The notes under the pieces were generated by a model. That model did not search any database, was not told the origin of the DNA, and was given only the letters and a program-made list of their open reading frames with translations. Below, in pieces: positions 12,940 to 26,260 of a stretch of 64,000 nt of DNA. The DNA comes from the human T2T-CHM13v2.0 reference genome, Homo sapiens: assembly GCF_009914755.1 (NCBI RefSeq), contig NC_060938.1; one strand, 5' to 3'. The position numbers were made by a program, and so were the translations under genes. Every line of letters starts with the position of its first letter. Within the stretch, counting starts at the first letter, position 1.

Positions 12940-13349
12940 GAAGGCTAAAAATAAGAAACTTTGGTGCTCAAAGAGTTAAATACTTAGCTGCTTGGAAAGT
13001 AAGGCTGTCTAGAGTGACTTATTTTTCAGTAGAGTAGGAACAGGAACACCAAAATAGAGAAAAACTATGCATAGGCTCTGAATGCTGGCAGATAAAGGCT
13101 TAGGCTTAAATATTCACTTGCTCTGCAATATTTAGCAACTTACATATCTCTCTGATTTCTTACTCATAAGACATAAGAATGTCTAATTGATGCTACCATT
13201 TTTGATTAGACATTCTCATGTATAAAGTTCCCAGAAAAATGTGCCTCCTTGATTGGTACTCAAACAATCACAGTAACCCCTCACGTCTTAGCGTTTAGAA
13301 CCATCTTACATATAAATAATTGCCAGTTAACACATAACTTCTCAATAAG

Positions 13350-13550
13350 AGCATGGTTATATGTATTCTACATATATTAAGCCATGTAATCTTCATAATG
13401 ACACCAAGAAGTTGATATGATTACTATCCCTGCTTTACAAATGAGGAAACTGAGGCAGAGAGCGGTTAAGATACTTACCTCTTCACATAGTAATGAGGCA
13501 GGGAGTAGGGTGTCCTCTGGCTTCAGGGTTCGTGCTCCTAATTCTTACAC
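13350..13550 (-). mobile_element. MIR
   Basis: TTTACAAATGAGGAAACTGAGGCAGAGAGCGGTTAAG. Confidence 0.8.
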
Positions 13551-14089
13551 TAGAACGTGATCTTGGGTAAACTAGATACCTTTGCTGTATAATGGAGTTT
13601 ACAAAACTAGATTCACAGGCTACTTGTGTAGCCCAAATGTATCCATTCCTTCTCTCAATAAATGTTTAATGAGTACCTTCCATGTGCCAGGGGGCATGTA
13701 GATCACCTAGCCCTTGGTAGCATAGACAAAGATGAGACCTCGGAGCAGACACTGCCCCGTACAGTATGGTTTGACAAGCTAGATTTTACTCCCTTCTTGC
13801 TTCCTTGTCTGGACACCTTTGTGTGGTTATACAACCTGCCACACTGTACCTAGTCAGCCTGCCTGAGACTGTGCTAAAAATGGTACCCCAGAAATAAACA
13901 TGATAAATGCATTTCCTGGTTTCATGGGGGTTATGTAAAACTTACGTAAAAATTTTTTGCAAATTCTAAAGCATGGTGTAAATGATGTAAACGTAAGGTA
14001 TAATCAAGATTATTATTATTGTCATTTTTATAACGGATCAATCTCATTGTTTGTCATGAGGGCATTAACAGAGCCACATGATCAACAGG

Positions 14090-14245
14090 CAGTGCTGGTT
14101 AATGTCCAACAACCACCTCTCCGGGGAAAGCAAGTCATGATATGTATATTTTGCCAATTTATGTGGTGTAAATACTCCCACCAGGGTACCCAAAGTTGGA
14201 AAGAGAGTAAAATCAGCTCTCATGAGTTGGAAGGAGCAATTCCTG
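14090..14245 (+). mobile_element. MER63A-like hAT-Blackjack MITE
   Basis: GTGCTGGTTAATGTCCAACAACC...GTGGTGTAAATACTCCCACCA...AATCAGCTCTCATGAG. Confidence 0.7.
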
Positions 14246-14978
14246 CCTGTCCCATAGGATGGAGGTGGACAAGGGAACCATTACCACCTGCTTTGGGTTA
14301 GGGGAGCAGGCAGAAAGAAACAGGTAAATTGGGACTCAGAAGAAGGAGGTAGCAGAGAGATGCCACAGTTTGCATTTGAGCTCCAATCTGCTGGACTAAA
14401 GAGTCACAACTTTTACCACCTACCAGGGCTCTGAAAAACTTCCTTGTAGAGACAGCTCTCCATCAGAGGGCTTTGGACATTTTGGCAGTGTATGCTACCA
14501 CTGGCTTAAGAATCAGTGATTCAATTCGGCGTATGCTTCCTGTGCATTGTTTATGCACAAGAAAATTCAGGATGTCATAGCCCGTAAGAGGCTCTGTGTC
14601 CAGTAAGAGAGGCAGACATGTCCATGACCTGCAAGGCCATCTGTGCTGCTGCCAGAAGCACAGGGCAAGCAGGGCACTGGGAGAGAGAAATGGGACCATT
14701 AGCAGGGGCATCAGCAAAGACTTACTGCAGGAGGCCATTGGAAAATAGCTTCGAGGAGGAAAAGAGACAAAACATTCTCTCTGGAGGCTGGGGAAACTGT
14801 CCCTGTTTTTGCTGTTTTGATAGAATGAAGAGCTGATACAAATTCTCTACAGCGCCTGTAGCAAAATATCTCAGGTCTTCAGTGGCACCTGTGGACCCTG
14901 GATCAGGCTCACTAAATGCTGTCAGCCTCTGACTCTGTGCCCCTCCCGTCCAAACACCCTGGATTCTCCTAATCTTGA

Positions 14979-15387
<409 letters not shown>

Positions 15388-15544
15388 AGGTCAAATCTTT
15401 TGACACAAACCCTAAGCTCCTCAATTTGGACTGTGTATCCATTCTGTTTTCTTGTAATACACCATGGGTTCCTCTGCCCTTGCATTTAATTTGTTCATTC
15501 ATTTAACAAATTTTTATGAAGCACTCGATACAGTAGTGGTAACA

Positions 15545-15740
15545 ACTGAGATTTCTTGAGCATTTACTATGATCCAAGCACTGACTTCTTCTAATCTTTG
15601 CAATAATCCTACGAGGTGTATTATATTATTGTCTCCTTTTTTCAGATGAAGAAATGAAGACATAAAAAAATCTAGCAGTCTGTTTGGTGAGCTGCGACTG
15701 GGGTTTGAATTTAGGTAATCTGGACACAGGGTGGAAGTCT
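15545..15740 (-). mobile_element. MIR
   Basis: GAGCATTTACTATG...TTTTTCAGATGAAGAAATGAAG...GGGGTTTGAAT. Confidence 0.65.
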
Positions 15741-15889
15741 TGCCACCCCGCCTTGTGTTGTCTCACCTCTGAGGAGGGTAATAGATGTGGTCACAGCCCA
15801 ACCTTCTATTAATACATCAGTCTAGTGGGAGAGGAGAATGCGAAGCACAAAACAAAATAAACGTCACTATGAATTGCGTGATGAAAAGC

Positions 15890-16050
15890 AGGGAAATTAA
15901 ACCTCTCTGTCTTGCTTTTTTTCATCTGTAAAAGGGGAATAACAAGAGTATATTCTTCATCATCTGATGTAAGGATCAAATAACACCGTCTGTATGATAC
16001 ACCTGGAATAATAGTACCTGCACCTAGCAAGGTCCCAATCAACATATGCC
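15890..16050 (+). mobile_element. MIR
   Basis: AACCTCTCTGT...TTCATCTGTAAAAGGGGAATAACA...GTACCTGCACCTAG. Confidence 0.7.
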
Positions 16051-16187
16051 AGAGATGGTTGTTCCATTTTATCTCTGCTACCCTCTCGGAGAGCAGGACA
16101 TCAGGAAATGTTTGCAGAATAATTGATGGATCGTAAGCTAGAGCTGTAGGGTGCTCCATCTCAGGTGACTTTGGTATATTATATTTA

Positions 16188-16501
<314 letters not shown>

Positions 16502-17581
16502 TTAAAAATATTCTTGTGCCCCATTAGACAAAAATTTCCTGGAAAACAGGAAAAGCAGGCTCCCAGGCCTTCTTGCTCTTTCTCAGCCCCGGGGCTAACC
16601 AATGCTGCAAGTTGGCAAGAGCCCGTTGCTGTTCCATGAGCTGCCACACAGTCACTTGAGGCTGGAAATGTGCAAATGCAATACTGTCCATGATCCAATG
16701 GAGCGGCAGAAATCTCCATCAAAAGCAGCTGTTTGGGTACCAGCTGCTTGGTAACAAATACATCTTTAATGAAATCAAACAATCCAGCAGGATTTATTGA
16801 TTGAGAACAATTGCTTTTAAATATAGTCTAGTAGCCGGGACTGTTAACATTCTTTTTCCTTCAATTAGTTCAGTTGGTTTGAATCAGAGACACTTGGCTA
16901 TTAGCTAATGAAAATAAATGCTATTGCCATTCAGCATTAACCCCCTGCTCCCTTCTCTGCACCAATGCATGCCACAGACTACTCAGAAGAAAAAAACATT
17001 TTTTTTTGAGGTAATTCTGTCGTTTTGGGGAAAGGAGTCTTACAACAAACCAAGTCTGACAAACTCTGAGATAGAGACCCATCTCAATCCAGAATACTGA
17101 ATAAGGGTGGGGAATCATCCAATTTTCTCTCTCAAAATCTAACAATCTAGGCAGGCAGCCCTGATACTGGATAGTGTTTCCCAAACCAGCTTTCATAGCA
17201 GAGTCATAGGTTTCTAGAGAAAGCTATTCTGTTTATTATATACTTGTCCTCAACTCTGGCCAGTTAGCACAGTTGGTTAGGGCATGGTGGTAGCCCAATA
17301 TTATATATTTGTCTTGATGAAAATAACCATTCTCCATCCTGACAGTCAAATGAGAAATCTGGGAATTACCCATGAAACCTCTTCTCTCCTACTTCTCATT
17401 TTCAACAGGTCCCCAAACTTTATGCATTCTGCAAAGGTTTCCAATCTGCCACATTCCCCCTTTTTTAGGGATGGGCCTCATCACAATTTCTCACCTAGAT
17501 TAATACATTCATGACCCTAACTCTTCTCCCTGTGCTAGTTCTCTCCTTTCTACCAGTTCTGAAAACCACAGTCAGAGGGAA

Positions 17582-17937
17582 TGTATTCATTGCTCAGGCT
17601 GCCATAGCAGAACACCACAGATCAGGAGGCTGGAACAACAGACATTTATTTTCTCATAGTTTTCCGGGAACCAGAGGTCCAAGATCAAGGCTTCAGCAGC
17701 TTTAATTTCTTCTGAGGCCTCTTTATGACTGGCAGTTGTCCCGTGTTCTGTATGTTGTCTGTGTCCTAACCTCCACTCCTTATAGGGACACCAGTCCTAT
17801 CGGATGAGGGGGTAACTTAATGACCTCATTTTACCTTAATCACTTACTTAAAGGCCCTATCTCCAAACAGTCATATTCTGGGGTCCTGAGGGTTAGGTCT
17901 TCAACATACGATTATGGGGGACATAATTTAGCCATAA
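17582..17937 (-). mobile_element. MLT1B-like MaLR solo LTR
   Basis: TGTATT...GGCTGCCATAGCAGAACACCACAGA...AACAACAGACATTTATT...AATGACCTCATTTTACCTTAATCAC. Confidence 0.85.
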
Positions 17938-20900
17938 AGGGGAGATTCCCAAAATGCAAATATAAACAGGCCTCTCATTTGCATAAGCACCTTCTGTAAA
18001 TGGATCCCTGCAGCTTCCAGGACAAAGGTGAAGCTCCTTAGTTCCACCCCTGAGGACTCCCAAATCTGAGGCCCTCGTCACCATTGTGCTCATCTCTTCT
18101 CCATACACAAGCATTGGATTTCTATGACTTCCATTCCCTAGATGCCACTCTAGGCACTTACTCATTCGCTCCTTATAACAAATGACACACAGGACAATGC
18201 CAATGTCCTCTACTTCATTGGAAGCTCCTCTACGCAAGCCCCAAGTATTAATTATCTCTCAGGCCCAAATATCTTATGCGAGCTCTACCATCAAATAGAT
18301 GGTCAATTAGAGATTATTAAATGGAATACTTTTAATCCAGTTTTTGCACTTTTATGTAGCAATATTTACTTGGAAGCCAGCCTGGAAAGTAAGGGACATT
18401 TACGATGGACCTAGGTATCTTCCTGCAGGTTTGGGGGTTTATTTTAATCAGTGCGTCAATATTCCCCATCAGAATATATGCCACTTCTCTCCACTACACT
18501 TCTCTGGAGATGACATTACGGGGGCATCTGCTATACTTTCACCATTAACACACCTGCCTGAAGTTGCTGTGAAAGACTGACCAACTGATGGTAGAATTTT
18601 TATCTGGTAACCTGTAAAAGGTGGAAATTCAACACTTCTTCCCCATTCTTGATGTTTTCTTCCAGGCAGCTAGCCTTTTTATTTATACTGCTTCTCGGGT
18701 GAAGAGTCACTGACTGGTAATCTCTGGAAAAACAAACAAGGTAAGTTTGGTCCAGCCACTGGTTTTTCCTTTTGCAAGCAGGTGTTCAGGGACAACTTGC
18801 TGCTTCCATCCCTCCCTTCCTTGCTCCCACCATGCTGGCATTGTAGGGAGGTAGACCAGGCTCCTGTGGCTGGGTGATGTGTCTGCCTAATGCTGGTGCT
18901 CACTTAGCAGCCCATTCTCTCTCCTATCAACTCCATTTTCCTCTAACTTTGCTGTTACCAGGAATGAAGGCAAATTTCAGCCTCTATCCATTTCTCTTTT
19001 TACTCATTTTCTCCATTTGTTCAGATCTCAGGCAGACAAGAAGGATGATATTAAAGACTCTATGATTGGGTGCAATTGTCTGGATTGCTGAAATATTTCA
19101 TGACACAATATAGATCTGGAGTGACTGTAGCTTCAGTGGGGCCAGGTGGGTGGGCCTTACATTTTATATGTGGAGTGTTTTGACCTTGGCCGTCAGCAAT
19201 ACCTCAGAAGGGCCAGGTGGGCCTTAACAGCTGTGCCATTGGCTTTTAACTGCTAGGGCCCCAGTAGGGGCTGCAGGTCTCAGGGTAAGTGGTAATTTGA
19301 CTTTGGTGGATGACCACAGCCGTGAGGACCTTGTCCATGGTGCAGCGACTATCTTTACATTCAAGTTGCACATCTTTCACTGCAAAATGGCCCAGGGGCC
19401 ACATGAATGGCTTTTAGCAAAAAGAAACCAGGCACATGAGAACCTCTGAAAGGGCTTGTGGCCATTGTAGGTGACCTTAGCAGATACAGTCCACATGGGA
19501 CCTGCAAGCAAATGCCAGCCATGCTGGCTGCAGCAAAGGCGTGGGCACTGAGTGGTCACAGGCAGCAGTAGGTGCACCTTGACCTTGAACAATACATGTG
19601 CAGGAGACAAAGGCCTCAGCGAGGGTAGAGGCCCTCCACAGGCGTAGCAGCTCCAGGGGCAGGCATGGCTCTTCCTAAACAAGCATGATAGAAGCAAAGA
19701 TTGGACTAGTAGAGATAAGGCCTTTCTGCACACATGAGGGGAAGGCTCATGTACTGCTATTTGTCTGCAGAGTGGTTGGCTACTGTGTGCCCTCCGGGAA
19801 GAGAAATGTTCAAGCTCAGGTGCAGGTCAAGGCCAGGTGTGCTCATCCAGAGCTCTACAACTAGCTGGTTTCTCTGAAATGATTAAAGGGAGGATAGAGG
19901 TTTAACTCACTACTGGGGAGAAAGAAATGGCAGAGATGCTACTCATGTCTGGGACATGCCAAGGCTGAGAAATCACGGCTCAGGCAGAGACTTAGGCATC
20001 AGTGGGCCCAAAGGTTCATAGGGTGGGTATAGAAACAGAAGGGTAGTGATGTCCTGTGCATCATTCTCCAGTGAGAGCCAACATGTGGACTGGTGACATG
20101 TGTCTCCCTGCTAAGTCATTTTATAGCAGGAGAGTGCAATCCACCACTGGGCCCCAGGACAGAAAATTCCTGTTTGCATGGGAGAATCCCACTAGACAGA
20201 GCCCACCTCGGTTGAATATAGTGGGAGGAGGAACACTGGCCAAGAGGGAAAGTGAGAATTCTGAGGTTTATAATTCTCCAATGGAAAGGAAAGGCAGCCG
20301 ACCCTTTCTGAGAATGCAGACAAGATGTCAAAATAGGTCTTCCTCTCCATGGTGGTAAGTGCACCTTGTGCAAATTAAATTGTCAAAGAAAGATTTTCCC
20401 CATTTGAATTTAAGGTGCCACGTTTTGGGATCCAGATGACTGACATGAATGAACTGCAACCCAATGGGGCAAAACCGGGAAGCTTTTCTCCACTGCCCTC
20501 TCCACAGAGTTGCTGTAGAGTCTTGGATATTAAGAGCTGGGCTTGGGAAACTTCATTTTTCTGGGATAACTAAGAGAAAGTGCCTTAGAGTTGGGGGTTG
20601 GAATGTTTTTGGCATTTTGTGGTGAGGAAAACAGTGTTAGCCTTCTCAGTCCTATGTGTCCTACTAACTCTTTCAACTCTTTAAGTAGAGAGAGGCTCCT
20701 AAGTGAATTGGCGTGGCACCAAGCCTTCCTCTCAGTCCTAAAGTAACCACACTCATTTCAGCAGAAAATGACCTAGGCTGTTGCTGCTCAAGGAATCCCA
20801 AGCCAAGGCTGAGGGGCAAATTAAATCAGGGAAGAGAATTCTGGCGCTTTCACCTAAGAATTGTGAGATTTGAACTTTGAACTTGAAAGGACCAACAATC

Positions 20901-23501
20901 CCACGATATCAGTCCTTAATTTCTTTGGGATCCAACTTGCAAGGGGATGTAATCTTCAAATTGTACCTTCTCAGTGGGACCTTGATAATAGGAGAGGTTT
21001 ATATTCAAATTTGGGGAGGCTCAAATGTTGCCGTTTGCTCAGTGGAGTGACCTTGTGTGCTTGTTACCTTCCTGTCTTCCTGGGTCATTCATCTCCCTGT
21101 AGGGTCTGTGCTGGTTTGGCAACGCAGCTGGAGATCTTTCAGAGCAGGAAGAGAGAAATGAGTCAAGTTCAGCCTCGACAGATGAAGCCTCCTTGCTGTT
21201 AACCCACCTCAGAGCCTTCTAGTGGCAAAATCTAAACTGCACCCCAGTAGCCCCAGGGGCCCAGACAGGAGAATGGGGTTGGTATCAGGCAAGGAGCCTA
21301 TGAATGTGGGACGGATCAACCAGATAGATTGCTGATCTGTTCACCTTCTTTCTGGGCACAGTGGCGTCACACACAGAATTTTCAAGCCCACTGTGTTAGG
21401 AGCATGCTAATCTGGTTTAAGTCAGGACAATGCTACTTCTCCTTTCTTACTTTTCCTTCTAGGTGAATAAAGCATCTTAGCATCCCTCTCCTGGCTTCCT
21501 TCTGCTGCTTTCCTGAATATGCATGGCAGTATGCATAGAACAAAACATTCTCCCTGCTCCAAGAAGCAGGGTCTCCCTAGCCTGCCCTCATGGACAGGTG
21601 AGCCTCAGTCCAGCAGAGCCTATGGTTGGAGGCAAAATGGGCCTCTTCCTGGAGTTCCGTTAGCAGGTCTATCTGCCTCTCACTCTGAGCTCTGCCCTCT
21701 CCCTGAACCTGGTAACAATAAGAGATATGTTGGCTTTGAACGATTTGATTTCTTGTCTCCTTTTTCCACTTGTTCTAAATCAAAGTAGGGCAAAATATTC
21801 CTGTTTGTAGAGCAGAAACCTCAGAGACCTCAGCCCCAATATCTCTTCCTACCACAGTTTTCACAGACTATTAGGATCCCGGTGCAACAGAAGTGTTGAG
21901 AGAGCCCTTCTGCAAGGAACGAGAACCCAGCCAGGGCTCCACACTCCCGGAGAAGTTCTCTGTTCAGAACCACCCACTCTGTCATCTGGGTCCTATCAGT
22001 TCATGCGGATAGCTGCTGCCATCACAAGGTGCCAGGCGCCATGTTGGGCATGTGGGTTACCTCATTGAATCTTCAAATAGATGCTGGTTTTGTCCCTCAG
22101 GAGATGGAGGCTCCGAGAGAATAGGAGACTTGTTCAAGATTACTTGGCTCCTAAAGGATGACATTGGGCTTCAATTTAAGTAGGATTTCAAAGCTTGTGG
22201 CCTTGTTTCATCAGAGGCGAGCATCTCTACTTCCTCGGGACCAGGATGGGTTGACCTGGGCTTCATGTCTGAGTCTACCACTCAGTAGCTGATTAACCCT
22301 GAGGAACACCCTGGACCTCTCCAAGGCTCAGACCTGTGAAAGGAAAGACCTTTCAACCCCCACCCTGGAGTGCACCATAGGATCAAATGCAGCTGCGAAT
22401 ATTGTGCAAAATTTTAAACACAAAAACTCCCCATGAGACTGAGCTGATATCTCATGGCTCTGGTGGCAAGCAAAAACACAAAGGGGAGAAGCCTCTTTTT
22501 TTCCCCCCTACTTCAGTTTTCTGTGTCAGTGCTTGTAAAATCTTTGGTGTCATGAACACCTCCTCCAAGTCTTTAGAAGTTCAACTTGCATTAGGATTTG
22601 ACAAGGAAGTCCTTTGTTACTGTTTTCTTCTCTTTCAAGATTAAAAGAAAAATCTAAATATAGGACTGCCTTCTGCTTAGCATAGTGCATTTTCAGTATA
22701 AGCAGACTGACTGCTCAGTCAGACTGAACAAAGCCCCGCGCCCCGAGCTGCCTAGCACCTGAGCCACTCTGCAGCCTGCCTCGTCCGCCTTTGATGCCCA
22801 CCTGTCAGTCCTGCTGCATGGTGAAGAGGCCCCAATACTGCCTTTCTAGGGCTTTGTCTTCTATCAGCTGTTTTATCTTTGCTTGGCTTCAAGCGTCTCT
22901 CTCTTTGTTCTCTGCCTTCTGTGTATCTCTAACGTGGCAGTCTTTCATTCCAGACCCCAACCTCCTCCCACAGCCTCCTGCACCAGCTTCTCAGGGCCCA
23001 CAGGCAGCATCTTGTGTGGGGACCCAAAGCGGCGGTTTGAGGCCACTGTGCAGGCTCATCCATCCCAGCTCTCACTAAGAGAACCCGAGCTGTTAAGGAG
23101 CAGGCTCTGCCTCCCCTCCCACCTCCAAACCTTTGCCAAGGCTGTTGCCCTATCCTAGGCTGGATTCCCCTTTGGGCTGCTCCATGACTTGTCAAAAACA
23201 TATCCTCAAAAGTTTAAGGGACTCTCAAAGCTAGCTTTTTCTCAAAGGTGTCCAGAGCGCTTCTAAACAGAATCTTCTCCCCATTGTGCTCCGCTGCATT
23301 TGTTTCATGATGCTACAACCGCATCCCTCTCTGCCATGACTTTCTTTGTGTGATAACCCATGTCCTGGCAAATATGAATTCCCAACAACAGAGACCACTC
23401 TATTGGAATTTATACCTCCAGCCCCTTCCCTCTAGCCCCAGGTGTGGGTGCCTCGTACAAGGCAGAACTCAATGAACATTGTAGTGTGTGCTGAAACTTC
23501 C

Positions 23502-23809
23502 TTTTTTTTTTTTTTTTTTTTTTTTCTGATATGGAGTCTTGCTCTGTCGCCCAGGCTGGAGTGCAGTGGTGCAATCTAGGCTCACTGCAAGCTCCGCCTC
23601 CCGGGTTCACGCCATTCTCCTACCTCAGTCTCCGGAGTAGCTGGGACTACAGGCATCCGCCCCCACGCCCGGCTAATTTTTTTGTATTTTTAGTAGAGAC
23701 AGGATTTCACCGTGTTGGCCAGGATGGTCTTGATCTCCTGACCTTGTGATCCGCCCGCCTTGGCCTCCCAAAGTGCTGGGATTACAGGCGTGAGCCACTG
23801 CGCCCGGCC
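23502..23809 (-). mobile_element. AluY
   Basis: GCAAGCTCCGCCTCCCGGGTTCACGCCATTCTCC and CAGGATGGTC are Y-type; TSD TGAAA(C/T)TTCCTT. Confidence 0.95.
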
Positions 23810-23944
23810 TGAAATTTCCTTTTTTTACAGGCTGAGTAATATTTCATTGTATGGATAAACTGTTTACCCTTTCATCTGTCTGTGGACACCAATGTCCACC
23901 AACGACATAGCAACCCAGCATTGCTTTCACTGAAATGACTCTTT

Positions 23945-24361
23945 TTTCTTTATTTTTATTTTATTTTTAATTGACACATGATCATTATAGGTACAATATA
24001 TTTATGGAGTACAATGTGATCTTATTATAAATGTGTACGTTGTAAAATTACTAAATCTGACTAGCTGACATACTCATCGCCTCACATACTTATCATTTAA
24101 AATCTAGATGAGCTTATGCTAAGTGAGATACTCCAGGTGCAGAAAGACAAATACCTCGTGATCTCACTTATATGTGGCATCTAAAAAAAAGTCAGGCTTA
24201 TAGAAGTAGAGAGTAGATGATGGTTACCAGAGGCTGGAGGGCAGGGGTAGGGTACGGGTTAGTTGAAAAGTACAAAGTTTAGTTAACAGGAGTAAATTTT
24301 GGTGATCTATGGCATAGCACGGTGGCTATAGTTAATAATAATATGTATTTTAAAATTACTA
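23945..24361 (-). mobile_element. L1MA 3' end with 5' inversion
   Basis: 23945-24098 is the antisense L1MA terminus (TTTTAATTGACACA...CTTATCATTT); 24100-24361 is the upstream-adjacent L1MA 3' UTR in the opposite orientation (ATGCTAAGTGAGATA...GGTTACCAGAGGCTGG...CTATAGTTAATAATAAT). Confidence 0.75.
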
Positions 24362-24574
24362 TGTTTTGACGGACCCAAATTTCGGGATACGGTTTTCAGG
24401 AATCCTTTCCCTTCTCCTCAGTAACAGAGAAATCAGATTGACCTTTGACTGAATTTCAGCTCATTTTTTGTCACTAGTTCTGTGTCTTGGGTCATGATAT
24501 TTAACCTCTTTGAACCTATCTTTTAATTTCTTCCTAAGGATAATGATACTTCCATGACAAGGTGACTTGTCATG

Positions 24575-24760
24575 TGCTGTGCTTATTATACACTAGGAAC
24601 TATGCTGGAGACTTTAAAGATACTAATTTAATCCCTATTGTAGCCCCATTTTACAGATGAGGAAACAGATCCCAGGAAGGCTAGGCACCCGGCCCAGGGC
24701 CTCATCTGCTACAGGTTGGCCCCGGGTACAAGCCCAGGCAGTTGGACTCTCGTGTTTTCA
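24575..24760 (-). mobile_element. MIR
   Basis: CCCCATTTTACAGATGAGGAAACAGA. Confidence 0.75.
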
Positions 24761-25625
24761 CCTCACTTCTAGTCAATTCCACCTGTTTGATTCACTCATC
24801 GTTTACCATTGGCCCCCTGTGGCCCCCTGGAGGCAGGAAGTCTCTTTTTGACCATCTTCCATGTTCAAAGTCCTACTGGGAAGAGCAAGCCTTTTATTTG
24901 TTGCCTGTGAAGGTCTTGACTGGACTTTATGGTCATTTCTGGATGATGGTGTGGAGTGGCTTCGGAGGCAGCAGAACTGCAACTTGATCCCAGACCTTCT
25001 GCCACCAAGTCTTGGCATTTTCTTCAGAGCATTGGTGTCTGGAAGCTCAGAGAATCCCTGTGTGAATGCAGCCGTCCTGGTCACAGGGCAATAGAGATGA
25101 GCTCCCTCCCTCTCAGCAAAAGTTTCCAAGTGTCACCTTAAGTAAGGCCCCTCCAATGCTGCTGGCAGGACTGTGAACTGGTACTATTTTTCCTGAGGAC
25201 AACTGGGTAACACATATCAAACATTTTATAGACAGACTTTCCTTTTGACTCTGCAAGTTGAAATCTAGGGATGTTTTTTAAAGAAATAATTATATGTATA
25301 AAAATATCTATATATAAGCTGCTGAAATTCTGGAAACACAAATACCCACCAGTACTGGAGGGGTTAACTGCTTTATGGAGCAGCTGTAAAATGGAATACT
25401 AAGCAGCTATTAAAAATAATGTTTTAGAAGGCCACTTAATGATGTGGAAAATGTTCACAGTGTTTTGGAGGAGAAAAAGCAGGATCACAATAAAATAGGC
25501 ATATATGGCAATAGAAAATAAGACCAGAATAAAATACACAAAAAATGTGCATAGAGCTGATCTCAAGGTGAGAGAATTATGGATAATTTTATTTCTGGCA
25601 TTTTGTTTTCTGGTATCTTCTAAAT

Positions 25626-25635
25626 GATAGATAGG

Positions 25636-25676
<41 letters not shown>
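25626..25676. repeat. (GATA)n tetranucleotide STR
   Basis: About 12 GATA units with one GGTA interruption. Confidence 0.95.
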
Positions 25677-25899
25677 TATACCCAAAAAATGCCATGTCAA
25701 CTTTTAAATGTGTCAAAAGGTCTCTTACTCCCTTGAGGACAGGAAATAGGTAGATCATGCTGGGTTCTCTATGGTGGGTCTACTTTATAGCGACTTTAGG
25801 AAAGGTAGACTCTATTTCCCCAAACACACTGGACCCCTTGGGCATTTGATGCCTCCCACATAAAAGACTTATCCCTCTTTTAATAGCTATGTGCAAAGA

Positions 25900-26260
25900 C
25901 AGTGTTGGATACTGTCCGTGACTTTCTGTAAACCCTCTGTAAAGCACAGAGGAACAGAAGTTGTGGGAAGTTGGAGGGAAGTCCTGGCCATCACCTCCTC
26001 CCTGGTACCCCAGTCAGCGACACTGACAAAAGACACCTGCCTTCTCCTGAACACTCCCAGGGACAGGGAGTCCCCATTCATAATAGAGTATCTCTTACTG
26101 CTGTTCTCCTTGGATTCACTGGAGCTTCCACCAAGCTGGAATCTGAGGTTTCTGTCTCCTGGGGCCACACAGTGCACATCAGCTCCCTTATACACATGAC
26201 AGCCCTTCCAATGCAGAATGCAAGTCACTTGTCCTTTCCCAGACAGATGCACAAAAATAC
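25900..26260 (-). mobile_element. L3/CR1 fragment
   Basis: CTCCTGAACACTCCCAGGGACAGGGAG and CACATGACAGCCCTTC resemble the antisense L3 3' region. Confidence 0.5.

Noticed and set aside
19090-20530. Possible ancient retroviral internal sequence
   Set aside because: Composition is suggestive, but I could not recover any gag/pol motif or consensus match by eye; needs a Dfam/nhmmer search.
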